Shown here: positions 8,271 through 16,525 of the stretch, piece by piece
How the letters are laid out: each line of letters opens with the position of its first letter
How positions within the stretch are numbered: the first letter of the stretch is position 1
Virus record (IMG/VR): IMGVR_UViG_3300009103_000012
Span: 1-64,000 of that record
Reading direction: 5' to 3' (one strand)
DNA length: 64,000 bases
From: a virus
Program-made: the position numbers and the translations under genes
The notes under the pieces: generated by a model
Told to the model about the DNA's origin: nothing
Databases searched by the model: none
Seen by the model: the letters and a program-made list of their open reading frames with translations, nothing else

Positions 8271-9482
8271 ATGGCTTCGGGAAGCTGGTCGCTTAAGGGA
8301 CAGAAATTTACTGATCAAAAAGATTATAACGACTTAAGTCTGCTGGAAATTCTTACAATCCTAATTCCAGACGGAAATCTAACAAAGGAAAAACAAATGT
8401 CAAAAATTGATGAAAATAAAGACGATACTTACATTAACGCTCCAGATGCGGGTGATGATTTTGATTTCGTCATGGCTTATGATGATGATCCAGCTGAAGC
8501 GGATGAAAGATTACTCCCGGACAATGCAGCCCGATCCGCGATATCATGTGGCTTTATTGGAGTCGGTGGAGGTGGAGGAAAATTAGCTAAAGCATTTCTC
8601 GATCTTGGATTTAATAAGACTATCTTAGTAAATACCACCAAAAAAGATCAGCCAGGTGGTCTAGAAGAATCACACTTTGTTCTCGTTCCAGGAGCTGACG
8701 GTGTCGGAAAAGATATTAAGCTAGGTAAACAAGTCCTCCAAGAAAACAGTGCTTTTGTTGAAGACGCTGTCCGTACAAGACTTGGTCAGGTTGATTGGCT
8801 ATTCGTATGTGCCGGTGGCGGTGGCGGTACCGGATCTGCGTGTCATGAACTACATGGCTCTTTGAGTCGGTATCTATCATCTATCGAAGCGTCTGGAAAG
8901 GTTGTATACATCGTTTCTAAGCCAACAGCACAAGAAATGCTGAACCCCACTATCTCAAAAAATTACAAATCACTTATAGCAGATATCGCTGGTACTCCGC
9001 ATATTGTTATTGATAACGAAAAACAGCTACAACTGCTGAGAGGGAAAGTAGGGATGATGAATATGTTCCCTGCTGCTAACAAAAACTTCGCAAAGCTTCT
9101 TGCTCAAGTCCTTAAGCTAGCCGATGAACATACTGAAATCCAAACATTCGATACAAAAGACCTCGAGAAGTGTTTAAGCACCGAGGGCAGAATGGTTCTT
9201 GGAAGTACAGTGGTTCGAGATGTGACAAGGAGTGACCTGGGTTCACTTGTATACCAAGGATGCCTACGATCTTCCCCATGCCCAACACCTTCGGGTGCGG
9301 CCGAGACTGGAACACTTCTCCTTGTCGTAAATGGTGATATGGCGTCTGATCCCGACGTCAGCCGAAGACTAGAGTCTGCATTTTCTTACGTCGGTGGTCG
9401 AGCTTCGACACTCTTCTCGGGTGTGTATATAAAGGAAGGAATCCCCGGACTAATCGCAATTACCCTATTAGGCGGAATCTAA
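8271..9482 (+). CDS. Tubulin/FtsZ-family GTPase (PhuZ/TubZ-like)
   Basis: IGVGGGGGK, LVNT, GADGVGKD, AGGGGGTGS signature, VIDN, FDTKD; alternative start at 8397 with AAGGA RBS. Confidence 0.9.
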   Translation: MASGSWSLKGQKFTDQKDYNDLSLLEILTILIPDGNLTKEKQMSKIDENKDDTYINAPDAGDDFDFVMAYDDDPAEADERLLPDNAARSAISCGFIGVGGGGGKLAKAFLDLGFNKTILVNTTKKDQPGGLEESHFVLVPGADGVGKDIKLGKQVLQENSAFVEDAVRTRLGQVDWLFVCAGGGGGTGSACHELHGSLSRYLSSIEASGKVVYIVSKPTAQEMLNPTISKNYKSLIADIAGTPHIVIDNEKQLQLLRGKVGMMNMFPAANKNFAKLLAQVLKLADEHTEIQTFDTKDLEKCLSTEGRMVLGSTVVRDVTRSDLGSLVYQGCLRSSPCPTPSGAAETGTLLLVVNGDMASDPDVSRRLESAFSYVGGRASTLFSGVYIKEGIPGLIAITLLGGI

Positions 9483-9483
9483 A

Positions 9484-10353
9484 ATGAACTTGACCGAGGC
9501 AACGTTACGTATAATAATAAGGGAAGAAATTCTCCACAACCAACAAAAGAAAATTAACGAAGCGGTCATAGGACTTATAACCGAAGGGCTATACGATCCT
9601 GGAATCTTAAAAGCTGTCTTCATGGCAGGCGGTCCTGGAAGCGGTAAAAGTAAGACTGCATCCTTAATCTTCGGAGGTGAAGCTATAGAAAATGCAGCTA
9701 TGCAAGCAGGTACCGCGACTGGACTTCGCGTTATCAATAGTGATCCAGCCTTCGAGAAATTTCTAAAAGATGCGGGAATCTCACCCTCTGAGCTGAAGGA
9801 TATGAGTGATGAAGAATTCTACAATGTGACTGAGCTTCCGGGTTCGCCGCGGCAGAAAGCAAAGGGATTAAAGAAAGTCGCTCAATCAGCTGCAATGATC
9901 GGTCGTCTCGGGTTGATTGTGGATGGTACAGGACAAGATCTGGACAAGATGAAAAAGAAAAAAGCATACGTGGAGAAGGCGGGTTATGATACCATGATGG
10001 TATTCGTCAATACCACCCTAGAAAAAGCTCAAGAACGAAACCTAAAGCGAGAAAGAAAGCTTAAGGAAGCCGATGTGGAAGAAATCTGGACCAACGTCCA
10101 AGCGAATCTTGAGGCATATCGATCATTATTCGGGGCAAACTTTCAGATTATAGACAATACAGACTACAACTGGGATGTGGCCACCAAAGAGGCAGCGGCT
10201 GCTGCGCAAGCATTTGTTGCATCGCCGATTAAAAACCCAATCGGTCGTGAATGGATCGAGCAGCAGGTTAAAGAAAGAGAAATTGATAGAGAAGACCCAT
10301 GGGTCGGTAAGAAAATGGACAAACTTCTTACGTTACCACCAGAAGGGGACTAA
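9484..10353 (+). CDS. Zeta-toxin/AAA_33-like P-loop kinase with leader
   Basis: MAGGPGSGKS Walker A, INSD, LIVDGTG, RNLKRER; N-terminal LRIIIREEI...LITE. Confidence 0.8.
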   Translation: MNLTEATLRIIIREEILHNQQKKINEAVIGLITEGLYDPGILKAVFMAGGPGSGKSKTASLIFGGEAIENAAMQAGTATGLRVINSDPAFEKFLKDAGISPSELKDMSDEEFYNVTELPGSPRQKAKGLKKVAQSAAMIGRLGLIVDGTGQDLDKMKKKKAYVEKAGYDTMMVFVNTTLEKAQERNLKRERKLKEADVEEIWTNVQANLEAYRSLFGANFQIIDNTDYNWDVATKEAAAAAQAFVASPIKNPIGREWIEQQVKEREIDREDPWVGKKMDKLLTLPPEGD

Positions 10354-10358
10354 TCGCT

Positions 10359-11108
10359 TTAGTCGTTACGGACAAGCTCAACGTCAACAACTTCGGTCAG
10401 TGTTATACTTTTGGTTTCCCACAGGACCCTAATATAGGTCGTGTAATTTCCACGCCTTTTTTCTAATACAACACCAATCCGGCCTGTCTCAGTGCATCTG
10501 ACTGTGCACCCTTTCTCTACTTTGTTCGTAGGTTTCATGTATTCCCTTATTAGTAATCTTAAAGCGCGGTTTTCTAATGTTTCTGTCAAAGATATTAAAT
10601 CATCCCAATGTTGTGTACTGATATCGGCTGGTACTCCACCTACAGCGTTAGTTGCAATTTCCAACGCATCACCATATTTCTTTTTCTGTCGCTCTGATGG
10701 AGATGACGAAAGATTATGAAGCATATCAGAAAGCTTTACTCTCAACGCTAGTGGGTTATCTAGCAAAGAAACGACATACGTTCCATAATCGGTCCCTTTA
10801 TCGTGAGTCAAGCTTCTGACGGCGTCTACGACTTCTTGACCAGATGCTGGGTCTGCGATTGAACCAAGAATAAAAGACTCCATTTCCTCGATCGAGCCTA
10901 CTGTCGAACCGGGAGCGTCCTCTAATGAATCATGAAGAAGTGCAACCATCTGTGCAGCATAATCATCAGGATAATATTTGCGTACGATATTACGAACTTC
11001 AGACGGGTGCGTAAAATACTCTGCACCTGTTCTTCTCTTCTGCCCCATGTGAGCCATACGAGCAGTTGAATACACGTCTTCGAAGTCTTCTCTTGTGAAG
11101 GTAGCCAT
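10359..11108 (-). CDS. RelA/SpoT-type HD hydrolase (small alarmone hydrolase/Mesh1-like) plus C-terminal SH3-like domain
   Basis: AHMGQKRRTGAEYFTHP, ALLHDSLED, VKLSDMLHN; start moved to MATFTRED. Confidence 0.85.
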   Translation of the reverse strand: MATFTREDFEDVYSTARMAHMGQKRRTGAEYFTHPSEVRNIVRKYYPDDYAAQMVALLHDSLEDAPGSTVGSIEEMESFILGSIADPASGQEVVDAVRSLTHDKGTDYGTYVVSLLDNPLALRVKLSDMLHNLSSSPSERQKKKYGDALEIATNAVGGVPADISTQHWDDLISLTETLENRALRLLIREYMKPTNKVEKGCTVRCTETGRIGVVLEKRRGNYTTYIRVLWETKSITLTEVVDVELVRND

Positions 11109-11119
11109 AGCAATAAATA

Positions 11120-11467
11120 TCACATAAAAAGTTGTATGGCCAAAATAGCGCAAGACAAAGTAATGCAGAGCATTGTCTTAAGAGTGAACATCGATTCGCC
11201 CAGAAAATAATACGTCATAAATGGAAATGTTAGATAAGATAGCGAAAATGCTAAGAACCTTACGCCCCATGCAGAGTCACCAAGAGCGCTATATCCAAAC
11301 CTAGACCCAAAATATGCTAGCATAGATATTGGGATCGCCAATGTTAATGAAACCCACAAGCTTTTTGCAGACCAGCCTGTATTCATAAACTGAAGATTTG
11401 TGGAAAACCATACCATTACATGTAAGCTAATGAAACATAACGCTGAGTATGCAATGTTAGCGCTCAT
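11120..11467 (-). CDS. Small 4-TM membrane protein (DMT/SMR-like)
   Basis: Four hydrophobic segments, LGES turn motif; GGAGG RBS. Confidence 0.65.
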   Translation of the reverse strand: MSANIAYSALCFISLHVMVWFSTNLQFMNTGWSAKSLWVSLTLAIPISMLAYFGSRFGYSALGDSAWGVRFLAFSLSYLTFPFMTYYFLGESMFTLKTMLCITLSCAILAIQLFM

Positions 11468-11627
11468 TCACTACCTCCTTTATGTCTGCTTCATTGATCT
11501 CTCGGACAATATCACCATCAATCACAGTATAAAAAGTACCGAATAATCCACCTACAATGACTCCAATCACAACAACGATGTTATCATTATGCAGCTTCAA
11601 AACAGAACCAATATCCACTATGCCCAT
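11457..11627 (-). CDS. Small hypothetical protein (56 aa, not in ORF track)
   Basis: Manual translation MGIVDIGSVLKLHNDNIVVVIG...EVVNER*; fills the gap between genes; ATATTTA 5 nt upstream. Confidence 0.55.
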   Translation of the reverse strand: MGIVDIGSVLKLHNDNIVVVIGVIVGGLFGTFYTVIDGDIVREINEADIKEVVNER

Positions 11628-11830
11628 ACTGCTAAATATTCTCTGGCGATCGTGAACAACTCACCGCAGTAAAATACTTTAGCAAAACCTGAGGACTCTA
11701 CAACACATAATACTACCTCTCCACCCACAAAGGTTAGAGGATAGAATATGGGAATTTGCTCTGGCAGATCTTTATACTTCTTGACCAGACACAATTCATT
11801 AACCACGCTTCTTAACCTCTTCAAATGCAT
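11618..11830 (-). CDS. Small hypothetical protein
   Basis: ORF track; fits operon packing; start uncertain. Confidence 0.5.
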   Translation of the reverse strand: MHLKRLRSVVNELCLVKKYKDLPEQIPIFYPLTFVGGEVVLCVVESSGFAKVFYCGELFTIAREYLAVWA

Positions 11831-12110
11831 TTATGTCACAAGGACCGTACCACCTTCCATTATAGATTACTTCAATACCTTTTTTCAAGACTATTAGACT
11901 CGTCTTTGAATTATGGTTCCGATCATGCAAACTCAAATCAACTTCTTTTGGATTTGAGGTAACAATACAGATCTCGCTCTCAGGTGGGTAAAGAGAGGTT
12001 AAAATATCATAGCGCAATTTCAGGCTCAACGAACAGAAATCATTAGGTTTTCTTCTGACGATTGTTCCCTTCTTTATCATAACTCCATAGTCTCCCACTG
12101 ACCTTCCCAA
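11799..12110 (-). CDS. Hypothetical protein (likely start MIKKGTIV)
   Basis: ORF track; operon packing. Confidence 0.55.
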   Translation of the reverse strand: MGRSVGDYGVMIKKGTIVRRKPNDFCSLSLKLRYDILTSLYPPESEICIVTSNPKEVDLSLHDRNHNSKTSLIVLKKGIEVIYNGRWYGPCDINAFEEVKKRG

Positions 12111-12433
12111 TTTGTGTATCTAACTTTCTTGATTCCGGCCTTCAAAAGCTGCTCTACACAAAGGGAGCAAGGGCGAGCCATTGTCACCTCATGACTGCAC
12201 TTTTTGAAACGCATAACTTCAATCTCATCTCCCGGTTGAGCAAACCGCAAGACATTCATTTCAGCATGCATGTGCGAAGCCCACGTACCGTCTGCATATT
12301 GACGTTTGAACCTTGGATGAGTCTTGTCAGTATTCTCGCCGATCTTGATAACCCTCCCATTCCTTCGTAGAATGGCAGCGAGATGGTATGTTCTCCCATT
12401 GCTAATGGCGAGATTTTTAGCTCGATAGTACAC
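12077..12433 (-). CDS. Zn-dependent cytidine/dCMP deaminase-fold protein
   Basis: HAE...RPCSLC Zn motif, GIKKVRY. Confidence 0.8.
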   Translation of the reverse strand: MYYRAKNLAISNGRTYHLAAILRRNGRVIKIGENTDKTHPRFKRQYADGTWASHMHAEMNVLRFAQPGDEIEVMRFKKCSHEVTMARPCSLCVEQLLKAGIKKVRYTNWEGQWETMEL

Positions 12434-12441
12434 TGGGCATT

Positions 12442-12942
12442 TTACGCTCCTATATCTGAAACTTTGGAAATCTTATCTGTAACGATAGTGTCGATTATTT
12501 TTCCAATATCTTTGTATTCTTGAGAATACGATACGTAAAAATCTCGAACCCAATACTTGTAAACAGAAGCTTGATATGTAGTATTACCTGGCTTCCTTTC
12601 CGTCAATTTTACAATCCATTCACGGATTGAGTCTCTATCATTACCCTTTAATTCAACAGGACATTTTCCACTGGGAATTGCCAGAGACACATGTGGATGA
12701 GTAATCTTTACATTAGGATTAGGCTTTGACCATTTAGATGTGTCTGTTTTTCTAACCCGAGATTTTCTCTTTTTAGCCATTCTTCGCAACCCACACAACC
12801 ATCTCCTTCGTACGGGAATCATACCTATCTTTTTCTGCGAAGGAAGAACATGGAACATGATATGCAATAAAATTTTGGCACTCGTTCCACCCCGTCTGCT
12901 GGTCTGCAACACAGTCTTCTCGCACCATAATAGGCTTCCCAC
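12442..12942 (-). CDS. Hypothetical basic protein (likely start MAKKRKSR near 12780)
   Basis: ORF track; start uncertain. Confidence 0.55.
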   Translation of the reverse strand: MGSLLWCEKTVLQTSRRGGTSAKILLHIMFHVLPSQKKIGMIPVRRRWLCGLRRMAKKRKSRVRKTDTSKWSKPNPNVKITHPHVSLAIPSGKCPVELKGNDRDSIREWIVKLTERKPGNTTYQASVYKYWVRDFYVSYSQEYKDIGKIIDTIVTDKISKVSDIGA

Positions 12943-13027
12943 TCATGTCTGGGTAATAGAAACCTCTCGCGCCCTGAACCGAGCGTCTAACAACATCTCC
13001 TCTCTTAAGCGTCTTTTGTGACATCAT
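12773..13027 (-). CDS. Hypothetical protein
   Basis: ORF track; GGAG RBS. Confidence 0.6.
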   Translation of the reverse strand: MMSQKTLKRGDVVRRSVQGARGFYYPDMSGKPIMVREDCVADQQTGWNECQNFIAYHVPCSSFAEKDRYDSRTKEMVVWVAKNG

Positions 13028-13328
13028 TTCTCCAATAAATTAGCTCAATAGTATTCCCACTTGGGTCTACCATATAAACATAACAGCTGCCGTCGCGATG
13101 TTCACGATATTCCGAACCTAATTCTTCTAAAGTGGCAACCCTAAATGCAACATGAGGAGGGTGCTGTGATGCGACAGTAAGCGCAAGCTTAGAGCCCCCG
13201 ACGTCTAACATCGCCCATGTAGCATCTGCATATTCTACTATTGCTCCAACAGAATTAACATACCATTCAATAGCACTTTCGATGTTGGCGACATTGATAG
13301 CTATGTGATCTAGACTTAATTTATTCAT
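13005..13328 (-). CDS. VOC/glyoxalase-family protein
   Basis: LDHIAINV, HVAFRV, DPSGNTIELI. Confidence 0.85.
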   Translation of the reverse strand: MNKLSLDHIAINVANIESAIEWYVNSVGAIVEYADATWAMLDVGGSKLALTVASQHPPHVAFRVATLEELGSEYREHRDGSCYVYMVDPSGNTIELIYWRNDVTKDA

Positions 13329-13692
13329 TATTGTCCTCTGCTGCCTTTAGCTCTTCAGGCAAAAAGAAGTGTACATCTCCACAGTCTTCAAGTACTGCTA
13401 CAACACGTAAATCATTAAATGAACCAGATAAAAGGCTGCCCAAAACACCAAGCTCATCGCTTTCTACATCGCCCAAGCACAAATAAATCTTTCCATCATT
13501 CTCGTCCTGATAAAACGCATCATTAACCATTGAAGAATAGATGACAATATCGCCTGGAACGAACTTTTTATTTCCGCTTTCTTTGTCTCTTGTTCTTTCT
13601 GCGCGGTTTCGCTTTCCTTTTCCGCGAATAAGTTGTTTTAGCCTTTTCTTTTCCACTAAGCCCAGCAAGCAGTTCTTCGTGATCTCTATCAA
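13321..13692 (-). CDS. Hypothetical protein (start uncertain)
   Basis: ORF track; the C-terminal part fills the gap between def and the VOC gene. Confidence 0.5.
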   Translation of the reverse strand: MIEITKNCLLGLVEKKRLKQLIRGKGKRNRAERTRDKESGNKKFVPGDIVIYSSMVNDAFYQDENDGKIYLCLGDVESDELGVLGSLLSGSFNDLRVVAVLEDCGDVHFFLPEELKAAEDNNE

Positions 13693-14221
13693 ATTCTTCT
13701 TTAGTCGCTCGTTCGATATCTGCGATTTTTTTCATCTGCTTTCTTATCTTCTTGACAAGGAGCTGACGTGATAGTCTACCCATTCTATCTAAATAAAGAA
13801 TCCCATCGAGATGATCAACTTCATGCTGAATGCATGCAGCTGCTAATCCTCGAAGATTTAACCATTGCTCCTCCCACTCTTCATTATAGAACACAACTTT
13901 ACATTGTGAATATCTCGGGACATTTCCTGCTACATACGGAACCGAGAAACAACCTTCATCGTTTTTGTACATCTCACCCTTCAGCTCAAGTACGGGATTT
14001 ATCATTAGAAGCATCGCATCGCTTGATATATCAAGATATGAAGGATTGACAACTATAACTCTTCGAGTTATTCCAATTTGAGGAGCTGCTAAACCCAGAC
14101 CACCTGTAACGTTAAAGCTATCTTTTAGATCATCTATCCAAGCTGTCGGATCTTCTTGTGACAACGGAGATGATTTAGTCTTAAGATTGGAATTAGGCCA
14201 TTCAAGTACTTTCCTGAACAT
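13568..14221 (-). CDS. def: Peptide deformylase with basic C-terminal tail
   Basis: GLGLAAPQIG, EGCFS, QHEVDHLDG. Confidence 0.95.
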   Translation of the reverse strand: MFRKVLEWPNSNLKTKSSPLSQEDPTAWIDDLKDSFNVTGGLGLAAPQIGITRRVIVVNPSYLDISSDAMLLMINPVLELKGEMYKNDEGCFSVPYVAGNVPRYSQCKVVFYNEEWEEQWLNLRGLAAACIQHEVDHLDGILYLDRMGRLSRQLLVKKIRKQMKKIADIERATKEEFDRDHEELLAGLSGKEKAKTTYSRKRKAKPRRKNKRQRKRK

Positions 14222-14232
14222 AAACGATATCC

Positions 14233-14421
14233 TTACTTTTTATTAATTTCAGAAACCCACATACCAAAACAAAGCAATGAAGTTACACTGCTAAATGTAG
14301 CTTCAGGGTAAAGTCCAGCTACCACAAAAAAAGTGGTTACACCCACGTTACAAAACGCCATTGTCAAGAACAATACTTCTCGCACTGACGTAGGTAATAG
14401 CTTTCTTACTAAGTCTTTCAC
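14233..14421 (-). CDS. Small membrane protein
   Basis: Two hydrophobic segments; coupled to upstream stop. Confidence 0.5.
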   Translation of the reverse strand: MKDLVRKLLPTSVREVLFLTMAFCNVGVTTFFVVAGLYPEATFSSVTSLLCFGMWVSEINKK

Positions 14422-14759
14422 TTAGAAGTCTTCCGCTTTTTCGTCGAAGACCCCTTTGTTGACTTTCTTAACGGGCGTTCCGCGGCTGGGATATGCCATG
14501 TTTCTTCTGCATCTCCTGGCGAGGTCACCCTCTTTGTAGCTGACTTCTTCTTTGGTTGCGTAAGCTTGGCGCTTGCTTGCTCTTCTCGTTGTGGGACAGG
14601 ATCCCACAGCGGTACTAATGGTGGCTCGATATCATGGTTACTACACCACTCATTTAATCGCTCATCCGTCGTGATGCTCAGCGCCTCAAAGTACGCTTTA
14701 GCATCTGTAATATTCCTTCGATTTAGATATTGTTCAAAAGCTCTCATTTCTAGTTCCAC
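14418..14759 (-). CDS. Hypothetical protein
   Basis: ORF track; operon packing. Confidence 0.6.
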   Translation of the reverse strand: MELEMRAFEQYLNRRNITDAKAYFEALSITTDERLNEWCSNHDIEPPLVPLWDPVPQREEQASAKLTQPKKKSATKRVTSPGDAEETWHIPAAERPLRKSTKGSSTKKRKTSK

Positions 14760-15091
14760 TCCGTATCATCGTTTGTACCCTTCACTGTGGGTAGCGCATA
14801 AATTTGGTCTTTTTTTGCTGTTATCTCTTTCAAGATAGTCATTTCAGTCTTGCGAATAGACTTCTCCACCGCTACACCCACTGCGTCTGGTAAGGCTCCC
14901 CCGTCGAAACAGTCCCATGGCGTATTCTTAAGCCAGAACAAAGCTTTATCTACGTTTGGGGGAGCGGCGAGCAACATTGTTCTTAACTCAGTCATAAACT
15001 CAGTCATTAATTCCTCATCCCAGTTAAGAGCTTCTAAAAGCTCTGTCTGGGTTCTTAGGTCATCAATGTAACCTAAAATGAGATTGATCAC
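14750..15091 (-). CDS. Hypothetical protein
   Basis: ORF track; overlaps upstream stop. Confidence 0.6.
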   Translation of the reverse strand: MINLILGYIDDLRTQTELLEALNWDEELMTEFMTELRTMLLAAPPNVDKALFWLKNTPWDCFDGGALPDAVGVAVEKSIRKTEMTILKEITAKKDQIYALPTVKGTNDDTEWN

Positions 15092-15369
15092 AACGAAATA
15101 CCCTCTTCTTCTATAATATCGGCCACCGACTCTTGGAAGCGAGGATCTAGAGCAATACGATCCACCTCATCGTTCGATAGGCCATGCATTTCGCAAATGG
15201 GAGCAGCTAGCTTCCTCATGCCTGATAGGAAATAATTGCGAGCAGCAGAATGCTTCATGGGGTATCCTTCACCCGTCATAATTTCGGCAATCTCACGATA
15301 TCCCTTACCACCACGTTCGCCCACAGTGGCGTAACCGTTATCAGCCTTGAATCCTTTTGGCATACTCAT
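15088..15369 (-). CDS. Small HTH protein resembling sigma70 region 4.2
   Basis: GYREIAEIM...HSAARNYFLSGMRKL; ATGA-coupled to the sigma gene. Confidence 0.6.
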   Translation of the reverse strand: MSMPKGFKADNGYATVGERGGKGYREIAEIMTGEGYPMKHSAARNYFLSGMRKLAAPICEMHGLSNDEVDRIALDPRFQESVADIIEEEGISL

Positions 15370-16127
15370 TTTGCACCTCGCTTCTTAAGTTCTCTATGTT
15401 CTTTATTTGTAATTGGAAAATTTTTATGATCAGTAGAGTCTTCCGACAAACCAAAGCGTAGCCGGATGATCTTCTCTTCACGAGAAGACAGATTTTTAAG
15501 AGCGCAAACCAAGGCTTCCCTAATAACTATCTTGTCAAGCTCATCACCTGGGTCGGTGTCGTCTACTCCCCCAACAATCTCAGCGAATGTGCGACTACCC
15601 GCGTCATCAGAGTTAATGGGGCGATCAAGTGAGATTTGAGGGGCTCCTGACTTACGAATCGCTTTCAACGTCTCAACTGGAACACCAACAGCAGTCGCTA
15701 CTTCTTGTGGGGATGGTTCACACTTGAAAGCCTCGAGATATTCTTCACGAAACTTATACGCCTTATACAAAACAGCACGCGCTGACGTGGGCATCTTGAT
15801 AGCCCCTGACTGTCCTGCAACGTGCGACTGTACTGCTTGACGAATCCACCACACAGCGTATGTGCTAAACTTGAATCCTTTCCGCCAATCGAATCTGTCA
15901 ACGGCTCGAATCAATCCAATATTAGATTCCTGTACAAGGTCTTCAAAAGAACAACCCTTATCACGGAAATTCTTGGCAATCGAAATTGCCAGTCTAAGAT
16001 TTGCTTGAATCATTCGATCGCGTGCAAACTTGTCTCCAGCTTCAATAGCTTTCGCAAGCTCAACTTCTTCAGCGCGAGTAAGGAGTGAATGTTTTCCAAC
16101 CTCGCTAAAATAACTTTCTAGAACCAA
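15366..16127 (-). CDS. RpoD-like sigma70 factor (regions 1.2-4.1; region 4.2 HTH absent)
   Basis: LLTRAEEVELAK, NLRLAISIAK, DLVQESNIGL, FDWRKGFKFSTYAVWWIRQA, ISLDRPI, LSSREEKIIRLRFGL; TTG start with GGAGG. Confidence 0.9.
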   Translation of the reverse strand: MVLESYFSEVGKHSLLTRAEEVELAKAIEAGDKFARDRMIQANLRLAISIAKNFRDKGCSFEDLVQESNIGLIRAVDRFDWRKGFKFSTYAVWWIRQAVQSHVAGQSGAIKMPTSARAVLYKAYKFREEYLEAFKCEPSPQEVATAVGVPVETLKAIRKSGAPQISLDRPINSDDAGSRTFAEIVGGVDDTDPGDELDKIVIREALVCALKNLSSREEKIIRLRFGLSEDSTDHKNFPITNKEHRELKKRGAK

Positions 16128-16182
16128 AATGGCCTCCGGGGATTAGTGAAATAATGGTAAGTCTTTCCCTACCATCTTTTAT

Positions 16183-16212
16183 ATTATACACTATTTTTGC
16201 GGCGTTTTGCAC
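16183..16212 (-). promoter_or_regulatory. Sigma70-like promoter GTGCAA-N18-TATAAT upstream of the sigma gene
   Basis: Perfect -10; same architecture at 20248, 45014, 55495 and 56435. Confidence 0.55.
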
Positions 16213-16480
16213 GATTGTCACGATTAAAATTATTTCTTTTTGCATTCTTTTTTTGCATAAATTTCTGATGTGCTTCTTTTCTTGCGACGCGGCGTTCAAC
16301 TTCTCTGTATAGATAACAAATCTCTTTTTCCATAGAAAGTAACCTCTCTGCAAGAATCTCGTCTTTTTTCTCTCTTCTAATCTGGTGCAGAAGCTGGTCC
16401 CTCTTATATGAAAGGAAGCTCATCTCCTTATGAAGACGATCCTCACGGACATATGGAATATCTTTACTAGCGATCGGCAT
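16184..16480 (-). CDS. Hypothetical basic coiled-coil protein
   Basis: ORF track; AGAGGA RBS. Confidence 0.65.
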   Translation of the reverse strand: MPIASKDIPYVREDRLHKEMSFLSYKRDQLLHQIRREKKDEILAERLLSMEKEICYLYREVERRVARKEAHQKFMQKKNAKRNNFNRDNRAKRRKNSV

Positions 16481-16525
16481 TTTCTCTATCCTCTTTTAAT
16501 TATACTGATGGGGAAAAAGTGGTTA

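Noticed and set aside
9484-11108. Zeta-kinase/HD-hydrolase toxin-antitoxin pair
   Set aside because: The genes are convergent in separate transcription units; nothing beyond adjacency links them.
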